Source: Protoeuglena noctilucae (lineage: Eukaryota). Taken from it: a stretch of 64,000 bases of DNA. Where the stretch lies: NCBI GenBank assembly GCA_958009085.1, contig OY253668.1:1-64000 (forward strand), read 5' to 3'. Position numbers and translations under genes: made by a program. Positions 35,938 through 47,690 of the stretch are shown here, piece by piece (the first letter of the stretch is position 1; the number at the start of each line of letters is the position of its first letter). The notes under the pieces are model-generated. The model saw only the letters and a program-made list of their open reading frames with translations, was not told the DNA's origin and made no database searches.

Positions 35938-38900
35938 TCATTGCAGCGTGAATCCGTCCATCTCCCCCTCGTCGTCCTCCTCCTCACCATCCTGCGAGCC
36001 AAGCAAATGCACAGGGACCATAAAACATGTCAATACATGATTGCATCAACACATCGCATTGCATTGCATCACCTGCACCCGTACCCACTCATGTTGCCCA
36101 CCCACTCCTGCTGCAACATCAACACATCCGCACATTTCCCGCACCCGCACCCGCACCCGCACCCGCACCCCCCACCCCAACCCCACCCTCGCCCACTCAC
36201 CCACACCTTCCTCCGCTCCCCTCCCCGCCCCTTCCCCCACCCCTCCGGCCCCCACTCCCCCCCCTCCGCCTCCTCCGGGTCCACCTCCACCCACCCCTCC
36301 TCCTCGAAGTCATCATCGTTGTCATTATCTTCATTATCACCACCCTAATCCCTCGCACCACGCACCCTACCCACCCCCCACGCACGCCCACTCTCCCCCT
36401 CCCCCTCATCCTCAAACCCATACTCCCCCCCCCCTCCCATCCTCCCCCTCTTCCCCACCCCACTGCCCCTCCCCCTCCCCCTCCCCCACTGTCATCTCCC
36501 CATCCATCTCGATGTCCCCCTCCTCCCCCTCTCTATCTTCCATACCCTCCCCATCCACCACCGCTAATCCATCGCCGTACCATGCCGCGTCTTCCGATGC
36601 CACTGCCACGGAATCCAAAGCCAAGTCACACAGGACCTGGAAGGGGGGGAGTGAGTGTGGCAGTGGGGGGTAGTGAGGGAAGGGGTGGGGGTGAAGGTGA
36701 GGGTGTGGGTGGCAGTGTGGGGTGTTGGTGTGCGAGGGTGGTGAGAGACTGTAACACATATGTGAAACACACGCTCAATTCATCTCACCCGTGCCCCTCA
36801 CCCCACCAACACTCCCTTCCCATTCACCCCAACACTCTCTCACCCCATGCACACCAACACCACTCTCCACCCCCCATTCATTCCAACTCACCTGGAGCAG
36901 CTCTGGCGGGTACATGGGTGGCTCCAGCATTCACCCCAACCCTCCCCATTCACACAGCACCCCAACACTCTCCCCACTCACAATCCCCGATCCAACAATC
37001 ACCTGGAACAGCTCTGGCGGGTACATGGGCGGCTCCATGGCCATGGCCTGGTGCATGAGCACCGTAGACGGCGTCAGCCCCGGCAGCGTGTTTGCCTCGA
37101 TCACCACCACGTCGCCCGTGTCGGCGTGCACGAAACAGTCGATGCGGGCCAGGCCACGCAATCCCAGTGCCAGTGTGACCTCCTCCGCCATGCGAAGGGC
37201 CGTGTCCAATGCCCACTCGGACACTGGGGGCGGGGTTGTGGGGGGGTGTGGGGGGGTTGTGTTGGTGTGAGGCGTGGTGATACGGGTAGCAGTGGGGGTG
37301 GTGTTGAGGGTGTGATTGAGGGTGGCAGCGCGGGTGGCAGTGGGGGTGGGAGTGGGGGTGGGGGTGAGGGTGGGGGTGATGGTTGCAGTGGGGGTGGCGG
37401 TGGGGGTGGTGGTGGGGGTGGCAGTGAGCGTGCGTGTAAGCGTGAGCGTGCATCTGCAGTGCCCACGTCGCTCCAACCACCCTCCCTCACTCCCAAACCC
37501 CACCCCCTATATATAAACCCCCACCCCACCCCTCTCTCACCGATCGACGCGGGCGGTGGCGTGAGGTTGACCCCCGTCCCCCCCTGGAACTTCTCCTCCA
37601 GAGTGAGCACGTCCCCCATGCCACGCACGGTCAGCGATGGTTGGAAGGGCTTCATGCGGTCGCGGGGGCCCAGCAGGCCGAACGTCATCTCGACCCAGGG
37701 GGTGGACGCGGCCCATTCCAAGCGCTCACCGTCATTCGAGGCAACCACGCGCACGGGATCTGGTGGGGGAGGGAGGGGGGGTATGAGGGGTTACGGAGAG
37801 TGGGATTTGAATGGAACGGCTTGTGAGTGGGGCAGAGTTTGGTGTTTCGGTGAATGGCTCGACCACAGCAGCCCATGCCGCTCCCTCACCCAGCACCCGT
37901 CCCCATGACATATGCATATATGCGTACGATCATATTCACATCTCCATTGTCTCTCACCCGTCTCAATGAATGGCTCGAACAGCAGTGCCTCTGGCGTGTC
38001 GGTGGGGAGCTGGATGCGGGGGTGGGGCTCGGACAGCGTGTTGGGGGGGATGTTGGACGCGCCCAGCTGTGGGTGGGGGGGGGGGGGGGAAAGGTGAGAG
38101 AGAGTGAGAGAGAGGTGAGAGATCACATACTGCACCATCCAACCACCACTGCTCTCTCTGACATCCATTGCAATCAACTATCTCACACCATCTCACCTCC
38201 ATCGCCACCACGTACTGCACCAGGTCGTCCGGCACGCTGAGCTTGGCCACGCCCGTCGAGCACCCGTCCGCCGACGGCTTCACGCAAAGGGCGCCGGGCG
38301 CGCCCAGGAATCCCTGCAGCTGCGCGAAGAGGGAATCCGCGCTGCCCTCGAGCAGGACAGACTCCATCACGTCCTGGGGGGGGGGGGGGGGGGGGGTAAG
38401 TGGGGTGGGGGATTGAGTGGGGTAGGAGTGACAGGGGGATTGAGTGGGGAATTGGGTGGGGGTTGGGGGTGGGGAGCGAGTGCGTAACCCCCCTCACCTC
38501 CGGCGTAAACGGTTCCATTCTGCAACACACCCACCCCCACTCTCTAACCCCTCTCTCACCTCCGGCGCGATGAGGTGCTTGGGCGCGGTGCTGATCCCCT
38601 TCGGCTCCAAGGCTCGTAGCACCTCTGCCGTGTCGTGCTTGTCCATGCACACGGCAGACGCACGACTGTCGGATCCCGTGAATGGGACGCGGGATCGCTC
38701 CAATAGGTCCTGCAGGGAGCCGTCCTCGCCCACGCCACCATGCAGGGCGATCTGGGGAGATTGGATTGGATTGGGGGGGTGATATGGGGGGGTTGACGGT
38801 GGTAGCAATTGGGGTGGTGACGGTGATGGTGGTGTCGATAGCAACAGTGGCTGGGAATGTACAGCGCATCGCTTCTGCCGTTGCTTGCCGTCGCCACTTC

Positions 38901-41900
38901 CCCATCCCAGCTCACTATCGCCGCCACGAGTCGCGACTAACATTGTAACCCCCCCCCCCCCCACCCATCCCCCCCCTTTACTCACCAGCACCGTGGCTCC
39001 CGCGTGCCTCGCCTCCTCCGCAAACGCATGCAGATCTAGATACCTAGCCGGGGGCGGGGGCGCGACCGGGTCGTCCCCCCACAGCCCCCCCACCCCCCGC
39101 ACGCCCGCTTTGGCCAGCTCCCCCTGCACCACCACCTGCATGTCCCTCAATGCCAGCGAATGCGCATCCAACGCCGCTTCGCTGGTCAGATAGAGTTTAG
39201 TGGAGTCGTCGCATGCGTCTGCGATCTCCTCGGCCGTGTGCAGCAATGAGAGGTGGTAGGGGACGGCCCAGACGCCGCGGGAGTCGAGGGGGGAGGGGAA
39301 CCTGAGGGGAATGGGAGGGGGGGTTATGGGGTGCGAGAGGGGGGGGGTTGGGATGTGTGTGGGGTGGGGGTGAGTTGGAGGGAGTCGAGTGGGGAGGGGG
39401 ATTTGGGGGGGGAGAGGGGGGGGGGGGTGTGTGGGGGGGGTGGGGTGAGAGAGGTGAGAGGGTTGGCGTGCGGGTGACGTGCTGTTCACTTCCCACCCCA
39501 CGCCCATCCATAGCCCCGTCCATGCACCCCCATCCTACCCCCACGCTTCATTGCACACCCCTCCACCCCCCACACCCCCTAGCACCCATACACCCCATAC
39601 ACCTCCACCAACACCCTCCCCCCCTTAGCTCCCTCACTTGGGCGGGCATCGAATGTTCCTCAGCTGCAGTTCGTCCGGCAGATCTTCCTCTGCCATCCCC
39701 GCCTGCAGCAATGTGATGCGCTTGCGGAGGAGGGCGGCGCGCCTCTCGCGGCCGCGGCGTGTGTCGGGGGTGTCGGGGATGAGGAGGAAGGCGTCGGCCT
39801 GGGNNNNNNNNNNNNNNNNNNNNNNNNNNNNNNNNNNNNNNNNNNNNNNNNNNNNNNNNNNNNNNNNNNNNNNNNNNNNNNNNNNNNNNNNNNNNNNNNN
39901 NNNNNNNNNNNNNNNNNNNNNNNNNNNNNNNNNNNNNNNNNNNNNNNNNNNNNNNNNNNNNNNNNNNNNNNNNNNNNNNNNNNNNNNNNNNNNNNNNNNN
40001 NNNGGCGGAAGTCGAAGATCTGAGAGAGGGTGGAGAGAGAGAGTTAGATAGTTGGTGAATGGTTAGTTAGTTGTTGTTCATTAACTGAGAGAGAAGGGGG
40101 GAGATGGGGGGTGGTGCATGCCAGGGAGGGGTAGTGGCACACACGCACGCACGCACATGCACATATATGCAAACACACACATACACACATGCATAAATGC
40201 CCATGTGCATTCAAACACCACCACCCCCCTCTCACCTCTGGTCTGTCTTCGTCCCCGTCGTCCTCCTCATCGCCCTGGTCGTTGTTATCCACAAACTCCA
40301 ACCCATCATCATAGTCAATACCATCATTATCATCACCACCCTCCCCCGCCCCCACCGCTGCCCCCCCTCCCCTCCCTTACAGTCACACCACCATCACCCC
40401 CCCTCCTGTCACCAACCCCACTCCCGTCACCATCACCATCACCTCTCGTCACACCACCACCCTCACCCCCCCTTGTCACATTACCATCCCCCCCCAATGC
40501 CTCCCCCAGCCAGTCCCCCGCAGTGCGCTCCTGCTCCTCCATCGCTACTTGCATGTCCACCGCTCGCACCAAATCCGCATCCTCATCCACCAGCTCCACC
40601 TCGGTCGGCATCAGAGCCACAGGGCCTGAGAGAAAGGGGGGAGGATGGTGAGAGAGGGGTAACAGGGGGTTTATACTATCCACTGAGCTCGGTGCTCATG
40701 AACACACCAACCCACACAGCCACATACGCAACCCCCTCATCCCCTCACCCCTCTCGGTATCAACCACGATGCACGTGAACTCACAAGCACATCAACACAC
40801 CCACTCATCCACACCCACACCAACCCACACAGCCACATACGCAACCCCCTCATCCCCTCACCCCTCTCGGTATCAACCACGATGCACGTGAACTCACAAG
40901 CACATCAACACACCCACTCATCCACACCCACACGCTAAGCAACACTCACCCCTCTCGGTGTCAATCACGATGCACGTGAACTCAAACACACACATACACA
41001 CCAACACACACCCACTCATCCACACCCCCACCCACCCATACACACTCACCCCTCTCGGTGTCAATCACGATGCACGTGAACTCGACCTTCTCCTCCACAA
41101 ACGCCTCCAGCACCGCAACCCCCCCCGGCACCTCCCCCCTTTCAAGGGCTTCATTCAAATGCGACATTGCCTCATCCGAACTCCCCACCACCCCCACCCC
41201 CAGGCTCGAACCCCCCCTCGCCGGCTTAGCCACCATCCACCGACACCCGTGGTTGGTTTGAAATGCGTTGATGTCGTTGATCAGTGCATTGCGTTTAATG
41301 GGGTCTGCCAGTGCGCTTGTAACGTCTGGGATGGGGAGCTGGGGCACGGTGGGGAAGCCCAGGGAGGCGAGCTTGGCGGTGCACTGGGCCTTGTCGAACG
41401 CCACACTGGGTGGGTGGGGGAGATGAGAGAGTTAGTGAGTGAGAGAGTGGGAGTGATGTGAGAGATGAGAGGGATGAGAGAGTGAGAGGTGTGAGTGTGC
41501 ACTGGGCCTTGTCGAACGACACACTGCATGGGTGGGGTGGGGATGGGGATGGGAGATGGGACAGACGAAAGAGTGTGTGGATGGGGGAGTGAGATAGGCG
41601 GGGGAGATGAGAGGTGGGTCACCGTCGCTGTGCATTCTGACGTCTCGCTTACCTCTCCCATACATACAGCACCCCACTCCCCCTCACCGGCACACCTCGG
41701 CCGACGACCCCACGAACGGCACCCCCCTCTCCTCCAGCAACGCCTGCAATTGGCCATCCTCCCCGAACTCCCCATGCATGGAGGGGAACACCACGTCCAC
41801 CGACTGGGCCAGGCGATCGGCCAGGGACTCGAGGGCCCCTAAGGGGGTGACGGTCTGGACGGCGTAGGCGCGGGGGTCGGCAGGGGTGGGCTGTGGGGGA

Positions 41901-44900
41901 GGAGGGGTATGGGGGTGGGAGTGGGGGTGGCAGTGGGGGTGGTAGTGGGGGTGGTGTGGGGGGTGGTGGAGGGTTGGCGATGTATGAAGTGGAAGGTTGC
42001 GTTGAGTGGTGTGGTGGTTGCGGCATGGGAGGGCGGTGAGCTGCAGCAGGTGGGGCGTCACGTGGCAGCTGTGGCAGTCACAACCATCCCTGTCTCTCCC
42101 TAGCTCTCTCTCCCCCCGTCTCTCCCCTACTCTTTCCGCTACTCTCCCTCTCTCTCTCCCCCTCCCTGCCCCTCACCAGTGTCGTCTTGACGCTGAGGGA
42201 GGGGTTGTCGAGCCGGAAATCGAAATCGGACGGCGTGTTGCAGTAGAGCTGGGTGTGGGAGACGGCGAAGGGGCGCAGGGAGCGGTCGAGGTAGAAGGGG
42301 AACACTGAGTGGGGGAGTGAGAGAGTAAGTGTGTGTTGTAGTGTTGCAGTAGAGCTGGGTGTGGGTGAGGGTGAGGCTGAGAGTGAGCCCTCCCTGGCGG
42401 CGTCATATCACCACCACCACATCCCCGTGTCCTTCACTTATCAACTCAGTATCGCTACCACCATCTCTCGTCTCCTCTCACCCGTGATCCCCTCCCTGGC
42501 GGCGTCATCCATATCACTACCACCACACCCCCGTGTCTGTTACTTATCATCATCCATATCACCACCACCACACCCCCACTGTCCCTCACCCGTGATCCCC
42601 TCCCTGGCGGCGTCTTCCGGGTCCCTGCGCCCCTGGGCATCGGGGTCAGAGTCAGGAGAGGGGGAGGGGGGGACTGGGGGGGGCGAGGGGAGGGGACAGG
42701 GGTGATGTGGGCAAGCGATGTATCTGTATGTGTATGTGCGCATGGCGAGGGGAGGGGAGACGAAGTGAAAGCATGTGCTAAAGAAGGTGTGAGAGCACGG
42801 TTGGGTGGCATGGTGGACGTTGTAGGTAAGGATGTATACCAGCAATCGTGCGTCTGTTCGACTTCTCCCATCTCCCCTCCCCAATCTCCCATCCCCCTCA
42901 CCGTCGCCATCGCCAATGTCGCCCCCCTGCCCCTCCGCCCCCTCCGCGCCCGTCTCTGCCCCCTCTCCCCCCTCCTCGGGCAGCGCATCGACGTTCAAAT
43001 GGTCCAGCCCCACCTCGTCAAACACGGGGAGGCCCAGGTGGGACACTGGGGGGGGTTGGGTGGGGAGGGCAGTGAGTGGAGACGATATACAAGTGCAAGC
43101 ATGCTCGCAACAACACACGCACCGCAAGTGACGTGCGAGTCACTCCACATGATATGACTGGAAACACGACCACACACCCATGCCACCCCACGCCAATGCC
43201 TCTCCCCCTCTGCTATCCTCACCCGTGGTGTGCAGGTGGTCTAAGAGAGCCAGACATCCACAACGCGACACCCCATCCAATGCCTCTCCCCCCTCCCCTT
43301 CTTATCTCACCCGTGGTGTGCAGGTGGTCCAGCAGCGCCCTGGCCGAGTTCAGCGAGATGCCCCTCTCCGCCCCCGGCCCACCGCAGATGACCCCCACGC
43401 GCAAAGGCGGGTCCGGCGCCCCTCTCTCATAGTCCTGGAAGCTCACCAACTCCGGGGCTGGCTCCAGCTGCCGGTAGCTGTAGCCCCAGGATCCATTGTC
43501 GTTCAGAATGTGGGAGAGGATGAGGGTTTTCAAACGGAAGGCCACTTGGGCACGGGAGCCCCAGGCGGGGATGCCCTGGGGGGGGGGGGGGGGGGAGGGG
43601 AGTGGGGGTTGAGGGGGTGGAAAGGGTGTGTGGGTGGTGGGGTGCAGGGGGCGTGGGGTGGTGGATGGTGGTGAGGGGTTGTGAGGGGTGGAGTGGGCGT
43701 GGGGTTATGGAGGGTGGAGAGGGGTGCAGGGGGCGTGGGGTGGTATGGGGTTGAGGGGGCGTGGCTTGGTGTGAAGTGGGGCGTAGAGAGTCGCGGTGGG
43801 CGTGAGTTGGAGTGAATGCTGGGCAGGCATGTAGCTCTCCGTCGGTGCCCATCACCGCATGCCCCTCCCACCTCGACATCGCCCCACCCCCCCTCTCACC
43901 TTGACGTCCAGCAGCCTCCGTATCTGAATGACGGGGTACTTGTCCACCTCCAGGTCCACCTCACTGGGTGAGAGACAAAGGAGGGGAGACAGAAGGTGAG
44001 TGCATGGCAGCTACAGTGCATGTACCGGTACCAACACGCACCCATCCCTGGTCCCCTGCCCCCGTGACACCCACCCATCCCAGCGAATCTCTCGCCGCTC
44101 TCACTTGGCGATCGCCGCGAGCCGCGGGTCATCGACGGGAAGGGAGGCCTGGGCCGCCAGACAGAAGCCGTCCATCACTGCCGCATCCGCGTCCTGCCAC
44201 GCGTGGCTGGCGGCGGCCGCCGAGGGATCCACGCCGCGATCGCGGAGCCAGTCGGCCGCGCCCTGCACCCCCAGCTCCGCCATGGGAGGCAGGGAAGCGT
44301 CGGGCATGTCCTCGGGCGCAACGCGGGGACCGTCCGCTTGGATGGCCCGGCGCAGGCGCTCCACCTGCTGGTCGCGGGTGCCCTCCGTGGACAACGCGCG
44401 CTTCGACAACTCCTCCCGCACCTCCACGCCCGACAGCTCGCCCAAGGCGTCCATCTGCAGTTCCTGCACCCGCACGCCCGCCGCCATCGAGTCGTCCAGG
44501 TTCTGGGGACAGTGGAGAGCGATGGGGAGGATCGCGATGGAAGCGATTGAAAGCAATCGAGGTTCGGAGTCGGCGCGGGCGCAGGGAGGGGCGCGCGCGC
44601 CGCGCAGAGCCGCGGGAGGGCCTGGCGACGGCGGCGGAACGGCGAGGGCGGCTGCGGGCGCGGGCCGCGCGCGCCGGCGTGCCTCGGAGCCTCCCCCGAC
44701 ATTGTTTTTCTCCGCGCAGATGCCCTCGCGGGGACAGCCGGGCCGCGCGCGCGGCGCACCTGGGTGCGCAGGTACTGCAGCAGCCGGTCCCGCAGCTCGG
44801 CCTTCCGGCCCACCGTCGAGAGCCGGAGGGCCTTCAGGGCGTCCCGCAGCTCCGTCGCTCGCATCTGCAGCACCGTCTCACGGTCCAGCTGCAGTCCCGA

Positions 44901-45188
44901 CGGCGCGGTGGAGGACTCGGCACTCCCCAAGGAGTGGCACCCTCTGCGCGCGGTCAGCGGCGGGAGGGGGCGCTATAATGGACCTGCCGCCGGGGCATTC
45001 CACGCATCGATATCCAAACAGCTCCGAGGCGCGCGGGCAAGGCGGGAGCCTGCCTCTCGCCTCCCCGGGGCCCCTTTCCGAAGTCCCCATGGCTGTCTTG
45101 CACTGTTCAGGTACCTCAGCCGAGGCCTGCCCGAATGAGGGGATCTAAAATGCGCACAAAAGCGCGCGGGGGGCGCGAGCGCCCTCAT
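35938..45188 (-). CDS. DDL: Plant-type double-module D-alanine--D-alanine ligase with a transit peptide and N-terminal SAP-like repeats (spans the assembly gap; 3' end either 36412 or 35938)
   Basis: [57 protein letters not shown]; second module [30 protein letters not shown]...[16 protein letters not shown]. Confidence 0.88.
39804..40003. other. Assembly gap (200 N) inside the DDL gene
   Basis: Run of N. Confidence 0.99.
40703..41083. repeat. Intronic repeat: about 113-bp tandem duplication plus four copies of a 39-nt exon/donor junction
   Basis: ctcacccctctcggtRtcaaYcacgatgcacgtgaactc at 40744, 40857, 40945 and 41045. Confidence 0.9.
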
Positions 45189-45835
45189 CGGCGCGGCTAC
45201 GGGCGCAGCTTGCTGCTCCCTCAGCGGCTCTTGACCCCAAGCGGGAGGCTGAGTCCGACCGATGACCACCTTGCCGCGCAAAAAGCGCAGGGCTGTGGAG
45301 CAGGCACGCGCTGATGGCCTTCGCTGCCAGGGCGGGCCAGTTGTGCTGCAGCCGTCCTATGTGCCGTGATGGGCAAGCCTCGAATGCATCTGCTCTCTGC
45401 TTTCAAATGCAGATCCTGGATGAAACTCGCATGGTCTAGATCGTTCCACGGAGAGAACACAAACGGCTGCACGAGGAGCGCACACATGCGAAATCGGCAT
45501 GGATGCGAGGCCTGTCAAAGTGCGGAGCGAGAACAGGGAACGCCATTCCCAAACCTAAAACCCGAGCTGCTGGAGGTGAGCCTACATCTACCACGATCTG
45601 TCCTAGCCTGCGTCTCTGCATCTGCCTGTGTCTGCCTGCCTACCCTAATCGTCTGGAGCTGTGCCCTGAGCTAGCCTGAAGCTGAAGGAAGCCGAACGTC
45701 ACCAAGAAACCTGCCAGTGCTGTTGCTGTGCTACTGCTGCGCGAAGAAAGGTCCTGTCGAGTGCCACTGCCACTGGGAAAGGGGCGCGTCATGCCGGGAG
45801 GAGGGGCGGCATGCGGCCCGTCACATGCCATGCCG

Positions 45836-47342
45836 TCACACGTGCACGAGGGCCGTGTCGGACATGATGGTCACAAGCGCCTTCTTCTCCACCTCCTCGG
45901 TCGTGGACGTGGCCGCGGAGTCGGTGCGGCCGTACTGCAGAAGGCACAGGGCAGAAGGAGGGTCAGGGGGCCGTCAGCCGTACAACATGGAAGCGTCCAG
46001 ACAGGCGCCCATACGGCTGCCCGGCAGTGTCATTGTCTCCCAGTCTCCCCCCGCTCGCCTTGGGGAGCGTGGCGTCGTGGTGGAAGTCCTCGTGCACCAG
46101 CGCCACCTCGGGCGTGTGGGCGCTGTGGTAGTCCTCGGTGGGGAGGCGGCGGTGGAGGGGGAGGGCCGGGTCCCGCTTGCGCAGGAAGGCCTTGATGAGG
46201 ATCTGCAGGAGCCCGAGGGGCGCGCCGATGGTGCAGGGCCCCCAGAGGTACACGTCGCGGAGGGCGAGGCCGTAGACGATCCACACGGACCCGCTGACCA
46301 GGTTGGCGGTGGCGAGGGGCACGTTGATGCTGCTGGCGTCGCGCGTCTTGATAACGGTCGCCAGGCTGCTGAGGGGGGCCACGTAGAAGACCACTGCGGT
46401 CGGGGAGTATGGGTCATGGGTGATGAACGTATGGGCAGTGGTTGGTGGGTGGATACAGCTGAGGGTTCACCGGTGCAAGGGAGGCCGGCGGTGGTCAAGC
46501 TGTCGATTACATGTGCATGCAGTGACTGTGCTGTGTTGGTGCGCACACGTCGCCCTGCCTGGCCCCCTCTCACCAAGGATGGCGACGGCCGTGACGCCGA
46601 TGATGTGGGCGCGGCTGTCGTGGCTGTCCGGGAAGGCGGTGACGGCGGCCCAGCTGGTGAGGGTGACGGCGAAGGTGCCGGCGAGCGTGATGGCCTCGAT
46701 GAGCGAGCGCTGGCGGGGGGAGGCCACCTTGTAGCTGCGGGTGTGACGGGAAAGGGACAGGGGCGGTCAAGTTGCGGCGGGGTGAAATCCCATCGGACGT
46801 CATCTGCGAGGCAGAGGTGCCGCGAATGGGAGACAAGGGTACGGCCAAGACGGAGCAGGCAAGGGCGACATAGGCTGAGGCTCACCAGCTCAGGGTAAAG
46901 AAGAGGCCGAGCAAAAGGCCGGGGAGGTTGGAGGCGAGGACGTACCAGTCTTTGTTGTTAAACGCGTACGCGAGCCATGCGAAGCAGTTGGCCACGATCA
47001 CCGGGAAGGGGATGGGGTTGATGGCGCCCAGGTCCCCGGCCTTGCGCATCTGCGGGGGCACCGGAGGGCTCTGGGCGTTGCAGCGTTGACCGGCGCGCCG
47101 GGAGGTAAGGCGCGACGAGCATGTTATTCCCAATGCCAAAAGTCACGCGCGGGGCCGGCCCGGCGGGGCGGAGCGGAACCGTCGTGCTGCAGGCTGACGA
47201 GGCATGCCCGCAAAGGTGTCGCGCCCGCGCCGCGCGTGCTCACCCGGAGGATTGCCGGGAGCGACGAGAGGTACGTCACATTGGAAAGAGTCGCCCCCAG
47301 ACAAGGGGCGAGGACTCTGGTCACGACGTCCGGAAGCATCAT
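45836..47342 (-). CDS. SWEET: SWEET/MtN3 sugar transporter
   Basis: YLSSLPAILR, LGAINPIPFP...NCFAWLAYA, VFYVAPLSSLATVIKTRDASSI, WIVYGL. Confidence 0.9.
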
Positions 47343-47690
47343 TGATGGTCCCGGCTACGCTCTTTGCCGCGGCCCGTTTGGTCACGTAGCTCGGGCCTGC
47401 TCCCCCTGCCTAGGATTCACGACGGAAAAACGCCGCTGCAGGGCCTCGGTTGGAGCGAGGAATCGCTGTGACGCGCGCGCGGCTGCCCGGCAAGGTGTTT
47501 GAGTTTCGGAACGCGACGGGGCGCCCCTGAGCGGGTCTGCGCCGACTTCTCTCGCACTCAGCTAATCTTCACTGTCATTATTAGGCATCGGGGTGCAAGG
47601 TGGGGCCGTAAGAGGGCGAGGCGCGGGGGCCCGCGGGCCACGTCGTGAAACAGTCAGTCGTCTGGCAGGCCGCCGGCATCCACTCACGCA

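Noticed and set aside
40703..41083. Repeat-spacer-like array resembling CRISPR
   Set aside because: It lies in a eukaryotic intron, the repeat is a copy of the host exon end, the spacers are related low-complexity sequence, and there are no cas genes.
44973..44978. In-frame TAG between the DDL transit exon and the SAP exon, suggesting stop-codon reassignment
   Set aside because: A GC-AG intron (donor 45060, acceptor about 44945) removes it, and RPT6, MutS2 and WDR48 end normally on TAG.
35938..45188. Bacterial-type genes (Ddl, also MutS2 and Obg) as contamination or recent horizontal transfer
   Set aside because: All are intron-rich with transit-like N-termini and match known plant/algal nuclear-encoded plastid families.
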